Shown in pieces: positions 22,106 through 32,720 of a DNA stretch of 64,000 nucleotides (position 1 is its first letter; every line of letters starts with the position of its first letter). Under the pieces are notes generated by a model. The model saw only the letters and a list, made by a program, of their open reading frames with translations. It ran no database searches and was not told the DNA's origin. Location of the stretch: positions 4,278 through 68,277 of the forward strand of contig CANKKB010000001.1 of assembly GCA_947482555.1 (NCBI GenBank), written 5' to 3'. Origin of the DNA: Burkholderiaceae bacterium. GTDB lineage: Bacteria > Pseudomonadota > Gammaproteobacteria > Burkholderiales > Burkholderiaceae. The position numbers and the translations under genes were made by a program.

Positions 22106-23720
22106 TAGAATCAGAAATTTTTTCAGCCAGCATTAAGATAGGAATATTGGTGTTACTACTTATATGCATTGGAAGAACTGATCCATCAACTACACGTAAT
22201 TTAGTGGTGCCAAAGACTTTGCAATTAATATCTACAACACTATTTTTTTCTAATCCCATTTTGCAAGTTCCAATGGGATGCCAGCAGGTATGTCCAGTCT
22301 CTTTTGCAAAATTCAGTAAATCGTCATTTGAACTTACTTGTTTTGTTGGTCGAATTTCTTTTGTAATTATATTTTTTAAGGCTGGAGATTCAGCAAGTTT
22401 TCGAATAAGTTGTAGACCCTCAATAACTGTTTTTTGATCTCGCGCCGTATCAAGATAATTTGGCTGGACATTAGAGGGACTATTAATATCCAAGGAATTT
22501 ATATGAGAATATCCGATTGAGTCGGGATACATTCCATAAACTCCGATATGAAAAGCGGAGCCAGGATCCAGACTAGCTCTAATTCCTGCTAAGTCTAGCC
22601 CGGATTTGCCAGATTCAGGAATTCTCCCCTCAGCACTCATGAGTGAAACCTGAATTCTTAGATTTGGAATGGCTTCAAATTCATTGCTGCGTAAATATGC
22701 TGTAGATTTTAAGGTAGTCGTTGAAAAGATTCCCTTTTTAAATACCAAATAGTTTAATAGCTGTATTCCTAATGAAAATTTATTGCCCATCATATAGTTA
22801 ACTGTATCTTTCGAGCTTGTCTCATAACAAATACGAGTCATAAAGTGGTCCTGCAAATTCTCACCAACAAATTCATTTTCAAAAATCATAGGAATAGAAT
22901 AATTATTTAATATCTTTGGATTACCCACCCCTGATAACTCAAGTAATTTAGGACTTCGGATAGCGCCAGCACACAAAATAACCTCTTTATCTGCTAAAGC
23001 TTTATAAATTTGATTATTTTTTATATAACTAACGCCAATAGCCTGATTACCAGAAAATAAAATCTTATTAACTTGCGCATTCTTTAATATAGTTAAATTT
23101 TTCCGATGAGAAATATTGTCTAGATACCCCTTGGCCGCACTAACTCTTTTTCCATTTTTTGAAGATAACTGAAGATATCCGACCCCATCTGGAATATCAG
23201 CGTTATAGTCAATAACTCTTGGATATCCATTTTCGATGCACGCCTTTATAAACAACTCTGAAATTTCATCTTTTTCAGCTAAAGCAGCGCCAATTGGGCC
23301 TCCGCGGTGTCTTAAATTCGATGAACTAAACTGACAATCTTCTAATTTCTTAAAATAAGGTAAGCAGTCTTTATAGCTCCATCCGTTACAACCCAACGAT
23401 ACCCAATCATCATATCGAATTGGATGCCCTCTAACAAAAATCATCCCATTAATAGCACTTGATCCACCGATACATTTACCGCTAATCCAATCAATTTTTC
23501 GCTGAAGAGTGCCGCTAGAAGGTTTTGTAATATCAGCCCATAAATTCTGCTTATTATTTAATAATTTTCCTACACCCAAGGGAATCGATAACGCCAAATC
23601 CGAGCTAATATCATCGCCTGCCTCAATTAATAGAACTTGATTTTGGTTATTCTCGCTTAATCTTGATGCAAGTACACATCCTGCAGATCCAGCGCCAACA
23701 ATGACGTAGTCAAATTGCAT
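22083..23720 (-). CDS. GMC oxidoreductase (BetA/IseJ-like flavoprotein dehydrogenase)
   Basis: DYVIVGAGSAGCVLASRLSE, GGSSAINGM, VGENLQDH, HPIGTCKMG, LRVVDGS, NTN.P. Confidence 0.93.
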   Translation of the reverse strand: MQFDYVIVGAGSAGCVLASRLSENNQNQVLLIEAGDDISSDLALSIPLGVGKLLNNKQNLWADITKPSSGTLQRKIDWISGKCIGGSSAINGMIFVRGHPIRYDDWVSLGCNGWSYKDCLPYFKKLEDCQFSSSNLRHRGGPIGAALAEKDEISELFIKACIENGYPRVIDYNADIPDGVGYLQLSSKNGKRVSAAKGYLDNISHRKNLTILKNAQVNKILFSGNQAIGVSYIKNNQIYKALADKEVILCAGAIRSPKLLELSGVGNPKILNNYSIPMIFENEFVGENLQDHFMTRICYETSSKDTVNYMMGNKFSLGIQLLNYLVFKKGIFSTTTLKSTAYLRSNEFEAIPNLRIQVSLMSAEGRIPESGKSGLDLAGIRASLDPGSAFHIGVYGMYPDSIGYSHINSLDINSPSNVQPNYLDTARDQKTVIEGLQLIRKLAESPALKNIITKEIRPTKQVSSNDDLLNFAKETGHTCWHPIGTCKMGLEKNSVVDINCKVFGTTKLRVVDGSVLPMHISSNTNIPILMLAEKISDSIAQANQQ

Positions 23721-23725
23721 ATAAC

Positions 23726-25462
23726 CTAGTCGGAATTATTTGTGTATTTACGATACTTATCTAGCTCCCTAACTGGAAACTTGAGTGCATCACGCCGATA
23801 TGGTTCATTTAGGATCGCTGGATCAGTCATTATTTCAATTACTGAGGGTATAGATTGTTTAAATGCATCTTTTACCGCCGACCCAATATCAGCAGCTTTA
23901 TCAATTTGATAGCTTTTTGCTCCCATATCACCAGCAATTTGAGCAAATGATGGATTTTCTAAATCTGTATAAAAATAACGCTTTCCAAAAAAATCATATT
24001 GATTTCGTCGCTCTGCTCCATAAACCTTGTTATTAAAAATAACAGTTACAAAATTAAGTTTTTCCCTAACCGTTGTCATTACTTCTTGTAAAGACATACT
24101 CCATGCGCCATCACCAACTAATGCAAGGACTTTTTTATCAGGACTTGCAAGCGAAACACCCATTGCAGTTGGGTATCCAACTCCAATACCACCTAAGCTG
24201 CCTGCAGCAAACCACGATCTTGGTTTATCAAACGAAGTAAAGTAGGCATTAGCGCTACCACTAATGTTTCCTACGTCAGCTACCACTGATACATCAGAGC
24301 CTGAAACCGCCTTTGAGACTTCCCACAATGCGCGTCTAGGCGGAATCGGATCGCCTTCGATATCAGACATTTCTTTTAATTTTTGAGACCAAGCATCCTT
24401 TTGCTCTTGAATATGTTGTTTTCTTGTTTTTGAATCAATTTCTAACTTACTCCCCGTTAAAGCTTCAATAAGTTGATTGGTAACTGCTTTGCAGTCGCCA
24501 AGTAAACCTACGTTCATAGGTCTTAGAGAGCCTAGCTCCAAAGGATTAATAGAGTTGTGTATTAATTTAGCGTGTTTGGGGAAAAAATCAATGCCATACT
24601 GAGGAGTTGTTCCAAATGAATTTAATCGCGACCCTAAAACTAGAATTAAATCGGATTCGGATAATAATCGCATCGCAGCTTCTGACCCTTGATAGCCAAT
24701 TGGACCAACAGCCAATGGATGTGAGCCATAAAATGCATCGTTGTGGGCATAAACACATGCAACAGGTGCTGTCAACATCTCTGCAAGGCGGGCAATAGAA
24801 TCATGTGCTTCGCTGTCAATTGCGCCATGCCCTACTAATATAGATATTTTTTTACTTTGTTTAATTAGCTGAATAGCTTCTTTAATTGACTCTTTATCTG
24901 CCCCACCATAACGACCATTGGTTCGATAAAGCTCGGGGGAAAGTTCGTCTTCATCCCAGATTCCATAATATGAATCTCGAGGTACATCAATTTGAACCGG
25001 CCCGCGAAGACTAACGGCTGCACGAAACGCGCCTCGTATTGCCTCTGACATTCGATCCGGTCTATTTACTTGTAATTGCCATTTAACAACGGGGGCAAGC
25101 ATACGCATTTGGTCGATTTCTTGAAACGCACCAGTTCCAATTGCAGAAGTTACGACAGATGGCGTAATAACTACTAATGGCGTGTGATTGAGAAACGCAC
25201 TAGCCACACCTGTTACTAAATTTGTAATCCCTGGTCCATTTTGACCAATGCAAACTCCAGGCTTTCCAGTTGCGCGAGCATAACCCTCAGCCATAAGTGC
25301 CGCACTTTGCTCATGTCGGACTTGAATAAATCTGATTCCAGCCTCGGGAAAAAGATCTAAAGGGTCCATAAATGCAGAACCAACAATTCCACAAATATTC
25401 TCGACACCCTCTAATCTAAATGCTTCTACAAAAGCTTCGCTACCGGAAATCTTTCTTTTCAT
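23726..25462 (-). CDS. xsc: sulfoacetaldehyde acetyltransferase (ThDP-dependent)
   Basis: SEAFVE, GIVGSAFMD.LDLFP.AGIRF, QNGPGITN, GPIGYQGS, GDGAW.MS, GAE.RNQ.DF, EPYRRDAL, as recalled for Xsc; next to a tau/ssu-type ABC transporter. Confidence 0.85.
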   Translation of the reverse strand: MKRKISGSEAFVEAFRLEGVENICGIVGSAFMDPLDLFPEAGIRFIQVRHEQSAALMAEGYARATGKPGVCIGQNGPGITNLVTGVASAFLNHTPLVVITPSVVTSAIGTGAFQEIDQMRMLAPVVKWQLQVNRPDRMSEAIRGAFRAAVSLRGPVQIDVPRDSYYGIWDEDELSPELYRTNGRYGGADKESIKEAIQLIKQSKKISILVGHGAIDSEAHDSIARLAEMLTAPVACVYAHNDAFYGSHPLAVGPIGYQGSEAAMRLLSESDLILVLGSRLNSFGTTPQYGIDFFPKHAKLIHNSINPLELGSLRPMNVGLLGDCKAVTNQLIEALTGSKLEIDSKTRKQHIQEQKDAWSQKLKEMSDIEGDPIPPRRALWEVSKAVSGSDVSVVADVGNISGSANAYFTSFDKPRSWFAAGSLGGIGVGYPTAMGVSLASPDKKVLALVGDGAWSMSLQEVMTTVREKLNFVTVIFNNKVYGAERRNQYDFFGKRYFYTDLENPSFAQIAGDMGAKSYQIDKAADIGSAVKDAFKQSIPSVIEIMTDPAILNEPYRRDALKFPVRELDKYRKYTNNSD

Positions 25463-25487
25463 TTTTTTCTCACTTAAATTTTATTTG

Positions 25488-26273
25488 TTAAGCACGTGCA
25501 ACTAAATGCAAAATCTCCCTAATTCTTCGGGCAACTCGAACACACTCATCACTACTAATATCTCTAGGCCTAACGCTATCCATTGTTAATATCTCAACTA
25601 TCCTACCTGGGCGAGGAGACATGATAATAATTCTATCGGCAAGTTTTATTGATTCTTCAATGCTGTGGGTAATAAATACAACTACTTTTTTGTTGTGCTG
25701 CCAAATACGCACTAGCTCATCTTGCATGCGCTCCCTGGTAAATGAATCAAGCGCAGCAAATGGCTCGTCCATAAGTAAAATTTCAGGATCTACTGCCATA
25801 GCCCTTGCCAAGGCTACTCTTTGTCGCATTCCGCCAGATAGCTGTATTGGATATTTATTTTCAAACCCCTTAAGATCAATCAAGTCAATAAAATGATTGA
25901 CGATTTTTTTTCGCTCAGATTTGCCAAGGTTTCTTTGTTTTAAACCATACTCGATATTTTTACTAATTGTCAGCCAAGGAAATAATGCATAGTCTTGAAA
26001 CATCATAGTACGATCAGGGCCTGGGCCTAAGATAGGCTTACCAAGAACCTCTGCAAATCCTTTTGTAGGGAACTCAAATCCCGCAAGGATATTTAACAAA
26101 GTTGTTTTGCCGCAGCCACTAGGGCCTAATACACAAATAAACTCTTGCTGCTGAATATTGAGATTAATTTTTTCTAATGCTAATACTTCATTAGGACCAG
26201 ATCCATAAATTTTTTCTAATTCTTTAATTTGAATTGCGTTATCAGTCATTATTGATTGCCTAGTCTCCACCAC
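25488..26273 (-). CDS. NitT/TauT (TauB/SsuB-like) ABC ATPase
   Basis: GPSGCGKTT, LSGGMRQRV, MDEPFAALD, FITHSIEE. Confidence 0.93.
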   Translation of the reverse strand: MVETRQSIMTDNAIQIKELEKIYGSGPNEVLALEKINLNIQQQEFICVLGPSGCGKTTLLNILAGFEFPTKGFAEVLGKPILGPGPDRTMMFQDYALFPWLTISKNIEYGLKQRNLGKSERKKIVNHFIDLIDLKGFENKYPIQLSGGMRQRVALARAMAVDPEILLMDEPFAALDSFTRERMQDELVRIWQHNKKVVVFITHSIEESIKLADRIIIMSPRPGRIVEILTMDSVRPRDISSDECVRVARRIREILHLVARA

Positions 26274-27019
26274 GGCATTATGGTGGCCTGAATTAATCTA
26301 ATAAGCGCATCTAGAAGCAAGCCAATTAGGCCAATCACAACCATTCCTACAATTACGTAATCACTTCGAAATAAATATCTGCCTTGGTTAATCAAGTATC
26401 CAAGACCTGAAGTTGCAGCAACCAATTCCCCAGCAACTAAAGCCATCCAAGCAATCCCAGTACCAACACGAAGACCAACAAACATCTGCGGCAATGCTGC
26501 AGGAAAAATAACCGTCATAATGATTGAAAATTTTGATGCCCCCAATGTCTTTGCTGCTCTTATGTATTGTGGGTCAACATCTCTGACGCCTTCCATTGTG
26601 CTTATTAAAATAGGGAAAACTGCTCCTAAGAAAATAATAAATTCATTTTGTACATTCGAAATACCAAACCATAAAATACTTAATGGTATCCATGCTAAAG
26701 GAGGAATTGGCCTAAAAAAATTCACTACGGGTTCAAAAGACCATGAAAAACTCTTAGATGCCCCAAGCAATGAGCCTAATGGTATTGCCACCAACAGAGC
26801 AACACCAATAGCGATAAAAACCCTAGAAAGGCTAGCGTAAATATCTTTTTGAAGCGTTCCTTTTTGAATTAGCTCAACAGCACCCGAAAAAATTTCACTT
26901 GGTGGCGGAAGTTGCAGTGAAATTGTGCTGCTATTCTCGCTTACAAGTTGCCAAACAATAATAAGAAGGGCCAAAAGCCAAAGTCTAGCAACGGACTTTA
27001 ATGCTTTTTTTATTTGCAA
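26249..27019 (-). CDS. NitT/TauT (TauC/SsuC-like) permease
   Basis: RPIPPLAWIPL..LWFG, AAKTLGAS, LVAGELVAATSGLG. Confidence 0.93.
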   Translation of the reverse strand: MQIKKALKSVARLWLLALLIIVWQLVSENSSTISLQLPPPSEIFSGAVELIQKGTLQKDIYASLSRVFIAIGVALLVAIPLGSLLGASKSFSWSFEPVVNFFRPIPPLAWIPLSILWFGISNVQNEFIIFLGAVFPILISTMEGVRDVDPQYIRAAKTLGASKFSIIMTVIFPAALPQMFVGLRVGTGIAWMALVAGELVAATSGLGYLINQGRYLFRSDYVIVGMVVIGLIGLLLDALIRLIQATIMPWWRLGNQ

Positions 27020-27076
27020 TTCATTCCCCAGATTCCATTTAAAACACTTACTAAGTATTTTTATTGATTAAATAAT

Positions 27077-28429
27077 TTAACTCGGCTTAAATGTTTTGCC
27101 AGCAAAAGTCCATGGACGAATTAAGTCGCCAGGGCCTGGAAAATTCTGCTTACCCATTTCCATCACCCCATAAGGAGGATAAGGTGGTTGACCAACCTTT
27201 CCCGCCCAATTTGGTGGCATAAAGGGGGGCTTTTTGGGAACGGCCCATCCTAATTGGTTGAATGTTTCAGCAAGATATTTAGGTCGTAATACAGCCTTAA
27301 AATCGGCCTCGGTATAGCGGCGCTTCAAGACTCCGGCGTCAGACATAATTCCAGATTGGTATAACTCCAGTGGTATCCATAAACCTCCGGTATCTTCAAA
27401 AACATAATTTCGCGTGGGCTTAGGATTAAGCACATGAATCTGAACATCACGCTCAATTAATTTAATATCGCGCCCTCTTTGGGATGGATCAGCAGCAAAA
27501 TCAGAAATCGCCTCTTTTGGCTTATAACGAGCAATTAATTGCGCCTCCATAAAGCTATCTGCATAAGCCTGAACTACGTCGGGAGCATTTTCCTCAATTT
27601 CCCCACGCATATAGGAGTAACCATTAAAAATCTCATAATTATTAATGAGGTCAAAGATGCGTGCATTTTTCAAAAACTCATCCATGAGCATCACATTTGG
27701 TTCCCAGATCCCGACTATATCTATGCCTTGAGGCATCATAAGAATATCGGCAGGCGCAGTATTTTTAATAACATAATCTTTGCCTTCTTCAAGCCCATAC
27801 ACCTTTACTGCAATTAGAAATGCGAGGTGGGTTGTGCTTCCAATTGTGATGCCAACTACAGCAGGTCGTCCAAGAACTTTTGCACCTTTTAATTCAGAAA
27901 TGCTATTTTTTAAAGGAGAGTCCTTATGGCATAAAAAAGCCTGTCTTTGAGTTGGATAGCAAGCAATTGCGGCAGTGGGGATTTTTTTATCTATAACCTG
28001 TAATAAGCCCAAAGAGCCTGCTTGGGCAACTTGAACGCGCCCTGGCATGTATACCTCATTCATTAGGCTGGCAGCAACAAAGGGGCTATATTCAGCCTCG
28101 ATGCCTCTTAGCTCCATTAACTTTTGCTGGCGCATTAAAAAAAGGATTATGTTCCCCTCCGACCAGAGAGGGTTCCATGCAATTTGAAGTGGCCACCAAC
28201 CTTTAGACTTTAGCCACGCAACAGATTTATCAGAAATTTTTCGGTAAGGAGTTGGCCAGCCCCATTGCGTAAAAGTGCTGGCTTGGGCAAACGAAGATGT
28301 TGAACCAAGCATCAGAGATGAAAGCCCAGCTGAAGCTGTCAAACTTAAGCTTTGCTCTAAAAAAGTACGTCTTGAGTTCTTTTCTAATTTATTTAAATCA
28401 GGTATACCGCTTAATTTCTTATTAGTCAT
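27077..28429 (-). CDS. ABC substrate-binding protein (SsuA/TauA-like), Tat signal, unusually long
   Basis: SRRTFL leader, GSTTH, WEP motif; first gene of the ABC operon. Confidence 0.75.
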   Translation of the reverse strand: MTNKKLSGIPDLNKLEKNSRRTFLEQSLSLTASAGLSSLMLGSTSSFAQASTFTQWGWPTPYRKISDKSVAWLKSKGWWPLQIAWNPLWSEGNIILFLMRQQKLMELRGIEAEYSPFVAASLMNEVYMPGRVQVAQAGSLGLLQVIDKKIPTAAIACYPTQRQAFLCHKDSPLKNSISELKGAKVLGRPAVVGITIGSTTHLAFLIAVKVYGLEEGKDYVIKNTAPADILMMPQGIDIVGIWEPNVMLMDEFLKNARIFDLINNYEIFNGYSYMRGEIEENAPDVVQAYADSFMEAQLIARYKPKEAISDFAADPSQRGRDIKLIERDVQIHVLNPKPTRNYVFEDTGGLWIPLELYQSGIMSDAGVLKRRYTEADFKAVLRPKYLAETFNQLGWAVPKKPPFMPPNWAGKVGQPPYPPYGVMEMGKQNFPGPGDLIRPWTFAGKTFKPS

Positions 28430-28578
28430 ATCTCCCCCCGAAAATTTAAAGAATTTGTATTTTTTAAATCTAACAGAAATTTTATTAATGTCAATATTGA
28501 GATAAAAAATCTCATTTTTTGCAAAAATTGATTAAAATAAGTAAAATGTCAATAAGTAACTATCAAAACTAAGAGCAG

Positions 28579-29391
28579 ATGAAAAATAAAATTACTGGCT
28601 ATGACGAATTTATAAGGGAAAGTACTAACCCTTCTAAGGACTCCGCGATCACAAGAGCCATTGAAATTCTATTTGCACTCAGTAGCTCACCAAAACCACT
28701 GTCGGCGATTAGTGTTTCAGAAAAATTAAAAATCCCCAAAGCATCGATTCATCGACTTATGGCTCATCTGGAGTCCATTGGAATTTTAGAAAGAGAGCCT
28801 GGAAGTAAAAAATTTATAACCGGCCAAAGATTAAATAACTTAGCAATAGAAACCTTAATTAACTCACCAAATAAATCAATTCGTCATTCAATCTTAGAGT
28901 CGCTAGTGAGTGATTTAAGAGAGACTTGCAATATCACAGCTCTTGTTGGAAATAAAGTTATTTATATAGATCGAGTTGAATCACAATGGCCACTAAGAAT
29001 TCATTTGCAGCCTGGATCTATGGTGCCGATTTATTGCGGTGCAAGCGGAAAACTTTTTTTAAGTTATATGCCAGCAGAGCAAAGACGAAGAATTTTAAAC
29101 TCTATCACTCTTGTTAAATACACCGAGCACACAACAATCAATATAGCAAAAATTGAAAAAGAGTTAAAAAAAATTCGTACACAAAACTATGGCTTAGACA
29201 TCGAAGAGTTTATGCAAGGTCTAATTGGGATAGCGGTTCCAATTTTTAATCGAAATAATAAGATATGCGGCACCGTGTCAATCCATATACCAACCGTCAG
29301 ACATGATCTCTCAGAGGCGATTGCGTGTATTCCAAAGCTTAGAATTGCTGCCGAGAAAATAGGTCAAACTTTTTCGCGAGAGGATATTTAA
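28579..29391 (+). CDS. IclR-family regulator
   Basis: RAIEIL, IPKASIHRLM HTH, ETCN, GASGKLFL, GIAVPI. Confidence 0.93.
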   Translation: MKNKITGYDEFIRESTNPSKDSAITRAIEILFALSSSPKPLSAISVSEKLKIPKASIHRLMAHLESIGILEREPGSKKFITGQRLNNLAIETLINSPNKSIRHSILESLVSDLRETCNITALVGNKVIYIDRVESQWPLRIHLQPGSMVPIYCGASGKLFLSYMPAEQRRRILNSITLVKYTEHTTINIAKIEKELKKIRTQNYGLDIEEFMQGLIGIAVPIFNRNNKICGTVSIHIPTVRHDLSEAIACIPKLRIAAEKIGQTFSREDI

Positions 29392-29457
29392 TTTGACCCC
29401 AAATTAATTGATCGAAAATCGTTCAATTAACTAGCAGTAGTTACGCAACAAGAATAA

Positions 29458-30423
29458 TTATTTGTTAATATTTTTGAGAATTTTTTGCATTTCTTCTAAA
29501 TCTTGATTCATTACCGCCAATGCATCGGATTGGGGCACATAGCTTTTTTCCGATGCAAAGGAATCCTTCAAGTAGGCTCTATATTTTGGTAAATTAACTA
29601 TCTTATTTAAAGCTTGGGATATAACTGCTATTTTTGCGGGATCAGTACCGGCCTTAATAATTAGCGCTCTTCTTTGGGGCAGTGTAACGTTATATCCAAC
29701 CTCCTTAGATGTGGGAATGTCTTTAAAATCATTTAATCGCTCGGCACTGAAAAAAATGATTGGTCTCATTTGCTTCGACTCTACAAAGCTAGCTACATTA
29801 CCGACTGGCGAATAAAGGGCATCAACGTGCCCTCCAATTAATGCTGCGTACCTCTCTCCAGGCTTTGCATAAGGAATTGCATTTATTTTCAATCCTTTGG
29901 ATTGTAGATAACTCATCGTAATATCATCCGTACTTCCCAGTCCAGAAATTGCTATTGAGACAGGGCTAATTTTTGCTGCTTGCTCAAAACTCTTCCAATT
30001 ATTAAATTTATCACCTGAAACGTATAGGCCTGAAGGAAGTTGAATGACAATCCCTAAATTAATAAAATCATCAATTTTCCATTTTGGCTGTTGGGTAGCT
30101 AATAGGGCAAAATTATCCCACGCCAATAAGAGCAAGGTTTGACCATCAGCTGGATCAGATAATAACTTTTGCATGCCAATATTTCCAGTTGCGCCGGGCA
30201 TATTGATTGCTGGTACAGATATCTTTAATTCTTGCTCTAATTGATTGGCAATTAGCCTTCCAGTTTGGTCTGATCCGCCTGAAGGACCCCAAGGAATGAT
30301 TAATTGTATGGGCTTGGAGGGATATTTTTCCTGAGCAAAAGTGTATTGCGCAAAACATAAGCCGGCTATAAAAAAGAAAAATTTAAAATAGATTTTTATC
30401 TTATCAATCATTATTAACCCCAA
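29458..30423 (-). CDS. Bug/TctC receptor (start likely 30411)
   Basis: YPSKPI.LIIPWG..GG.D, N.PGATG.IG, GGHVD, DIPT. Confidence 0.88.
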   Translation of the reverse strand: MGLIMIDKIKIYFKFFFFIAGLCFAQYTFAQEKYPSKPIQLIIPWGPSGGSDQTGRLIANQLEQELKISVPAINMPGATGNIGMQKLLSDPADGQTLLLLAWDNFALLATQQPKWKIDDFINLGIVIQLPSGLYVSGDKFNNWKSFEQAAKISPVSIAISGLGSTDDITMSYLQSKGLKINAIPYAKPGERYAALIGGHVDALYSPVGNVASFVESKQMRPIIFFSAERLNDFKDIPTSKEVGYNVTLPQRRALIIKAGTDPAKIAVISQALNKIVNLPKYRAYLKDSFASEKSYVPQSDALAVMNQDLEEMQKILKNINK

Positions 30424-30443
30424 ATTTTTAATGCATTAATTTA

Positions 30444-31214
30444 TTAACCCTCTGTTGCCCTAACCATTGCAGATGTCCAGCCGCCATCAACAGTAAGAAC
30501 CGTGCCAGAAATAAAATCCGAAGAATTAGAACAAAGAAAAAAAACAGCATCTGCAACTTCGCTTGGCCTACCCCATCTACCCACATTATTTTCTTTTCCC
30601 CAAACCGCAGCCAATTCATTATCAGCTGCAAAACCTGAATTTAATGGCGTATCAATCAACGCAGGCGCAATGGCATTAATGTAGATATTTTTACCGCGCA
30701 TATCCAAGGCAGCGGCTTTGGTAAAGGCAATTTCACCACCTTTAGAGGCGCAATATGCTGATCTTTCTGGCCTTCCAAATAATCCTGCTACAGAAGAGAT
30801 ATTAACAATCTTTCCTTTTCCATTTTTTAGCATGTAGGGAATAACTGCTTTGCAACACAAAAATGGGGCTGTTAAATTCACATCTAAAGTACGGCGCCAT
30901 TCTTCTTCTGTTTGCTCTAATAATGGATTTATAAATCTTATTCCAGCATTGTTAACTAATATATCAATACGCGAATATTTTGCAAAAGTTTGATCTGCCA
31001 TCTTGGCAACATCACTGGAGTTTGAGACATCTGCCTTAACTGCGAAAGCATTTCCACCGCCCTTCAAAATTTCTGCAACCGCTAAATTCGCAGAATCTAA
31101 ATTTATATCGGCAATTACTACAGTAGCTCCCTCGCTAACTAATTTTCCTACAATTGCCCTGCCTATTCCTACGCTTCCACCAGTAACTATTGCTACCTTA
31201 TTTTTGAGTTCCAT
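30444..31214 (-). CDS. short-chain dehydrogenase/reductase
   Basis: TGGSVGIG, NNAG, YCASK catalytic motif, VDGG. Confidence 0.95.
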   Translation of the reverse strand: MELKNKVAIVTGGSVGIGRAIVGKLVSEGATVVIADINLDSANLAVAEILKGGGNAFAVKADVSNSSDVAKMADQTFAKYSRIDILVNNAGIRFINPLLEQTEEEWRRTLDVNLTAPFLCCKAVIPYMLKNGKGKIVNISSVAGLFGRPERSAYCASKGGEIAFTKAAALDMRGKNIYINAIAPALIDTPLNSGFAADNELAAVWGKENNVGRWGRPSEVADAVFFLCSNSSDFISGTVLTVDGGWTSAMVRATEG

Positions 31215-31228
31215 AATTTTTTCTTTTT

Positions 31229-32131
31229 TTAAAATGGTATTGATCCAGCAAAAGTTGTTCTATGCATTTTTCTTCTTAAAGGGGGTGCATAGTCGCTGAC
31301 TGCTAAATGCTGTGTGGAGCAGTTATCCCACATTATTAAATCATTAGCTTTCCATTTATGCCGATATACAAATTCATCTTTGGTGCATAACTTATCTAAT
31401 TCTTGAAGAATTTTTTTACTCTCCGACTCAGGAATTCCTTCTATTTTTGTAACGCACAATGGACTTAAATATATGGACTTTCTACCAGTTATAGGATGGG
31501 TTCGAATAATGGGATGGTTTTCAGGTGATCTCTTAATCTGCTCATCTGTAAATTTAACTGCGGTTATTGTGTCTTTGGGGGCATCATCATAGGCTTTGGT
31601 CATTTTATGAAGCGCCTTTAGATCTCGTAACTTAATCTTCATATCTTCACTTAAAGCATCATATGCTGCAAAAGTACTGGCAAATAAAGTATTTCCGAGA
31701 GAATTACCATTTGAATCATATGGAACCTCTAATGCATACAGTGCCGACCCAGCACTTGGCGTTTTTAAATACGAGGTGTCTGTATGCCAAGTAGCTACGC
31801 GCTCAGTGTCTGCAAATCCTATTGGCTTACCGTTTTCAATAATATTTGATAGAAGAAGAATCTCTGGGTGATCTTCCAGTAAATACTGCTTTAAAGAATG
31901 AATTTCTAATGATCCAAATCGCTTGCTAAAGTCCACATGCACTTTGGGTGAGATTCTTTGATCATGAAAAACAAGCAATGAGTATTCATAGTACGCATCT
32001 TTTATTTTTGAAAAAGTTTCCTCATCTAAGTCACTTGAGAGGTCAATTCCGCTGATTTCGGCCCCAAAATATGGGTTTAAGCGTTTTATTTGAAATGATC
32101 TATTTGTTTCACTACTCATATTGCCCCCCAT
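31229..32131 (-). CDS. TauD/TfdA Fe(II)/2-oxoglutarate dioxygenase
   Basis: GAEI.G.DL, WHTD, HP.IRTHP.TGRKS, WDNC.TQH, R.MHRTT. Confidence 0.93.
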   Translation of the reverse strand: MGGNMSSETNRSFQIKRLNPYFGAEISGIDLSSDLDEETFSKIKDAYYEYSLLVFHDQRISPKVHVDFSKRFGSLEIHSLKQYLLEDHPEILLLSNIIENGKPIGFADTERVATWHTDTSYLKTPSAGSALYALEVPYDSNGNSLGNTLFASTFAAYDALSEDMKIKLRDLKALHKMTKAYDDAPKDTITAVKFTDEQIKRSPENHPIIRTHPITGRKSIYLSPLCVTKIEGIPESESKKILQELDKLCTKDEFVYRHKWKANDLIMWDNCSTQHLAVSDYAPPLRRKMHRTTFAGSIPF

Positions 32132-32391
32132 TTATATTTTTAGGGTTAACCCCTAATATTTTTTTAATATGATTACACAGATATAAATTTATAACCATCC
32201 TAAGGATTATTTCATAATTTAGATAGCATCTTAAAAAAATTGCTATTAAATTTTATATATATTCTGGTTGTTATCCTGATTTAGTTTGATGGTTGGCCTC
32301 TGGCAACCTAGGATCAAAGCCAAACACTGTTTTTCTGCAATAAAGCATTGTGGCGTAATTGAGTGTCACTTAAAGTAAAGCTCAAAAGACA

Positions 32392-32454
32392 AAACCCCCA
32401 CCATTTCTAGTGAGGGTTTGCTTTTCTGGTGGACCCATGAGGACTTGAGCCTGG
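32392..32454 (-). pseudogene. tRNA 3'-end scar (probable tRNA-CAU/Ile2) followed by a terminator-like hairpin
   Basis: Reverse complement of 32427-32454 is CCAGG-CTCAAGT-CCTCA-TGGGTCC-A-CCA, exact T-arm/acceptor spacing. Imperfect hairpin at 32392-32419. Confidence 0.75.
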
Positions 32455-32720
32455 CTTCTAGGAGTTTGGATTGTTAATCCATATAAGTGCTACTTAAATT
32501 CACGCTCAAATATTTCGAATCCCAATTTAGTCGCCATTTAATCCAAAATAAAACTATTTTGCTGCAATGATTTACTGTAGAAACGCCCTCTTTAGGTTTG
32601 GTGCTAAATTAACAGCAGCACAAAGAAGTTAAATTGGCTTTAGAGTACTTGAAATGCCTATCTTTTACAGGCTTCCAATTAGCCAGCCTGTCTTAGTTCA
32701 CTTAAAAAGAAAGAGGAAAT

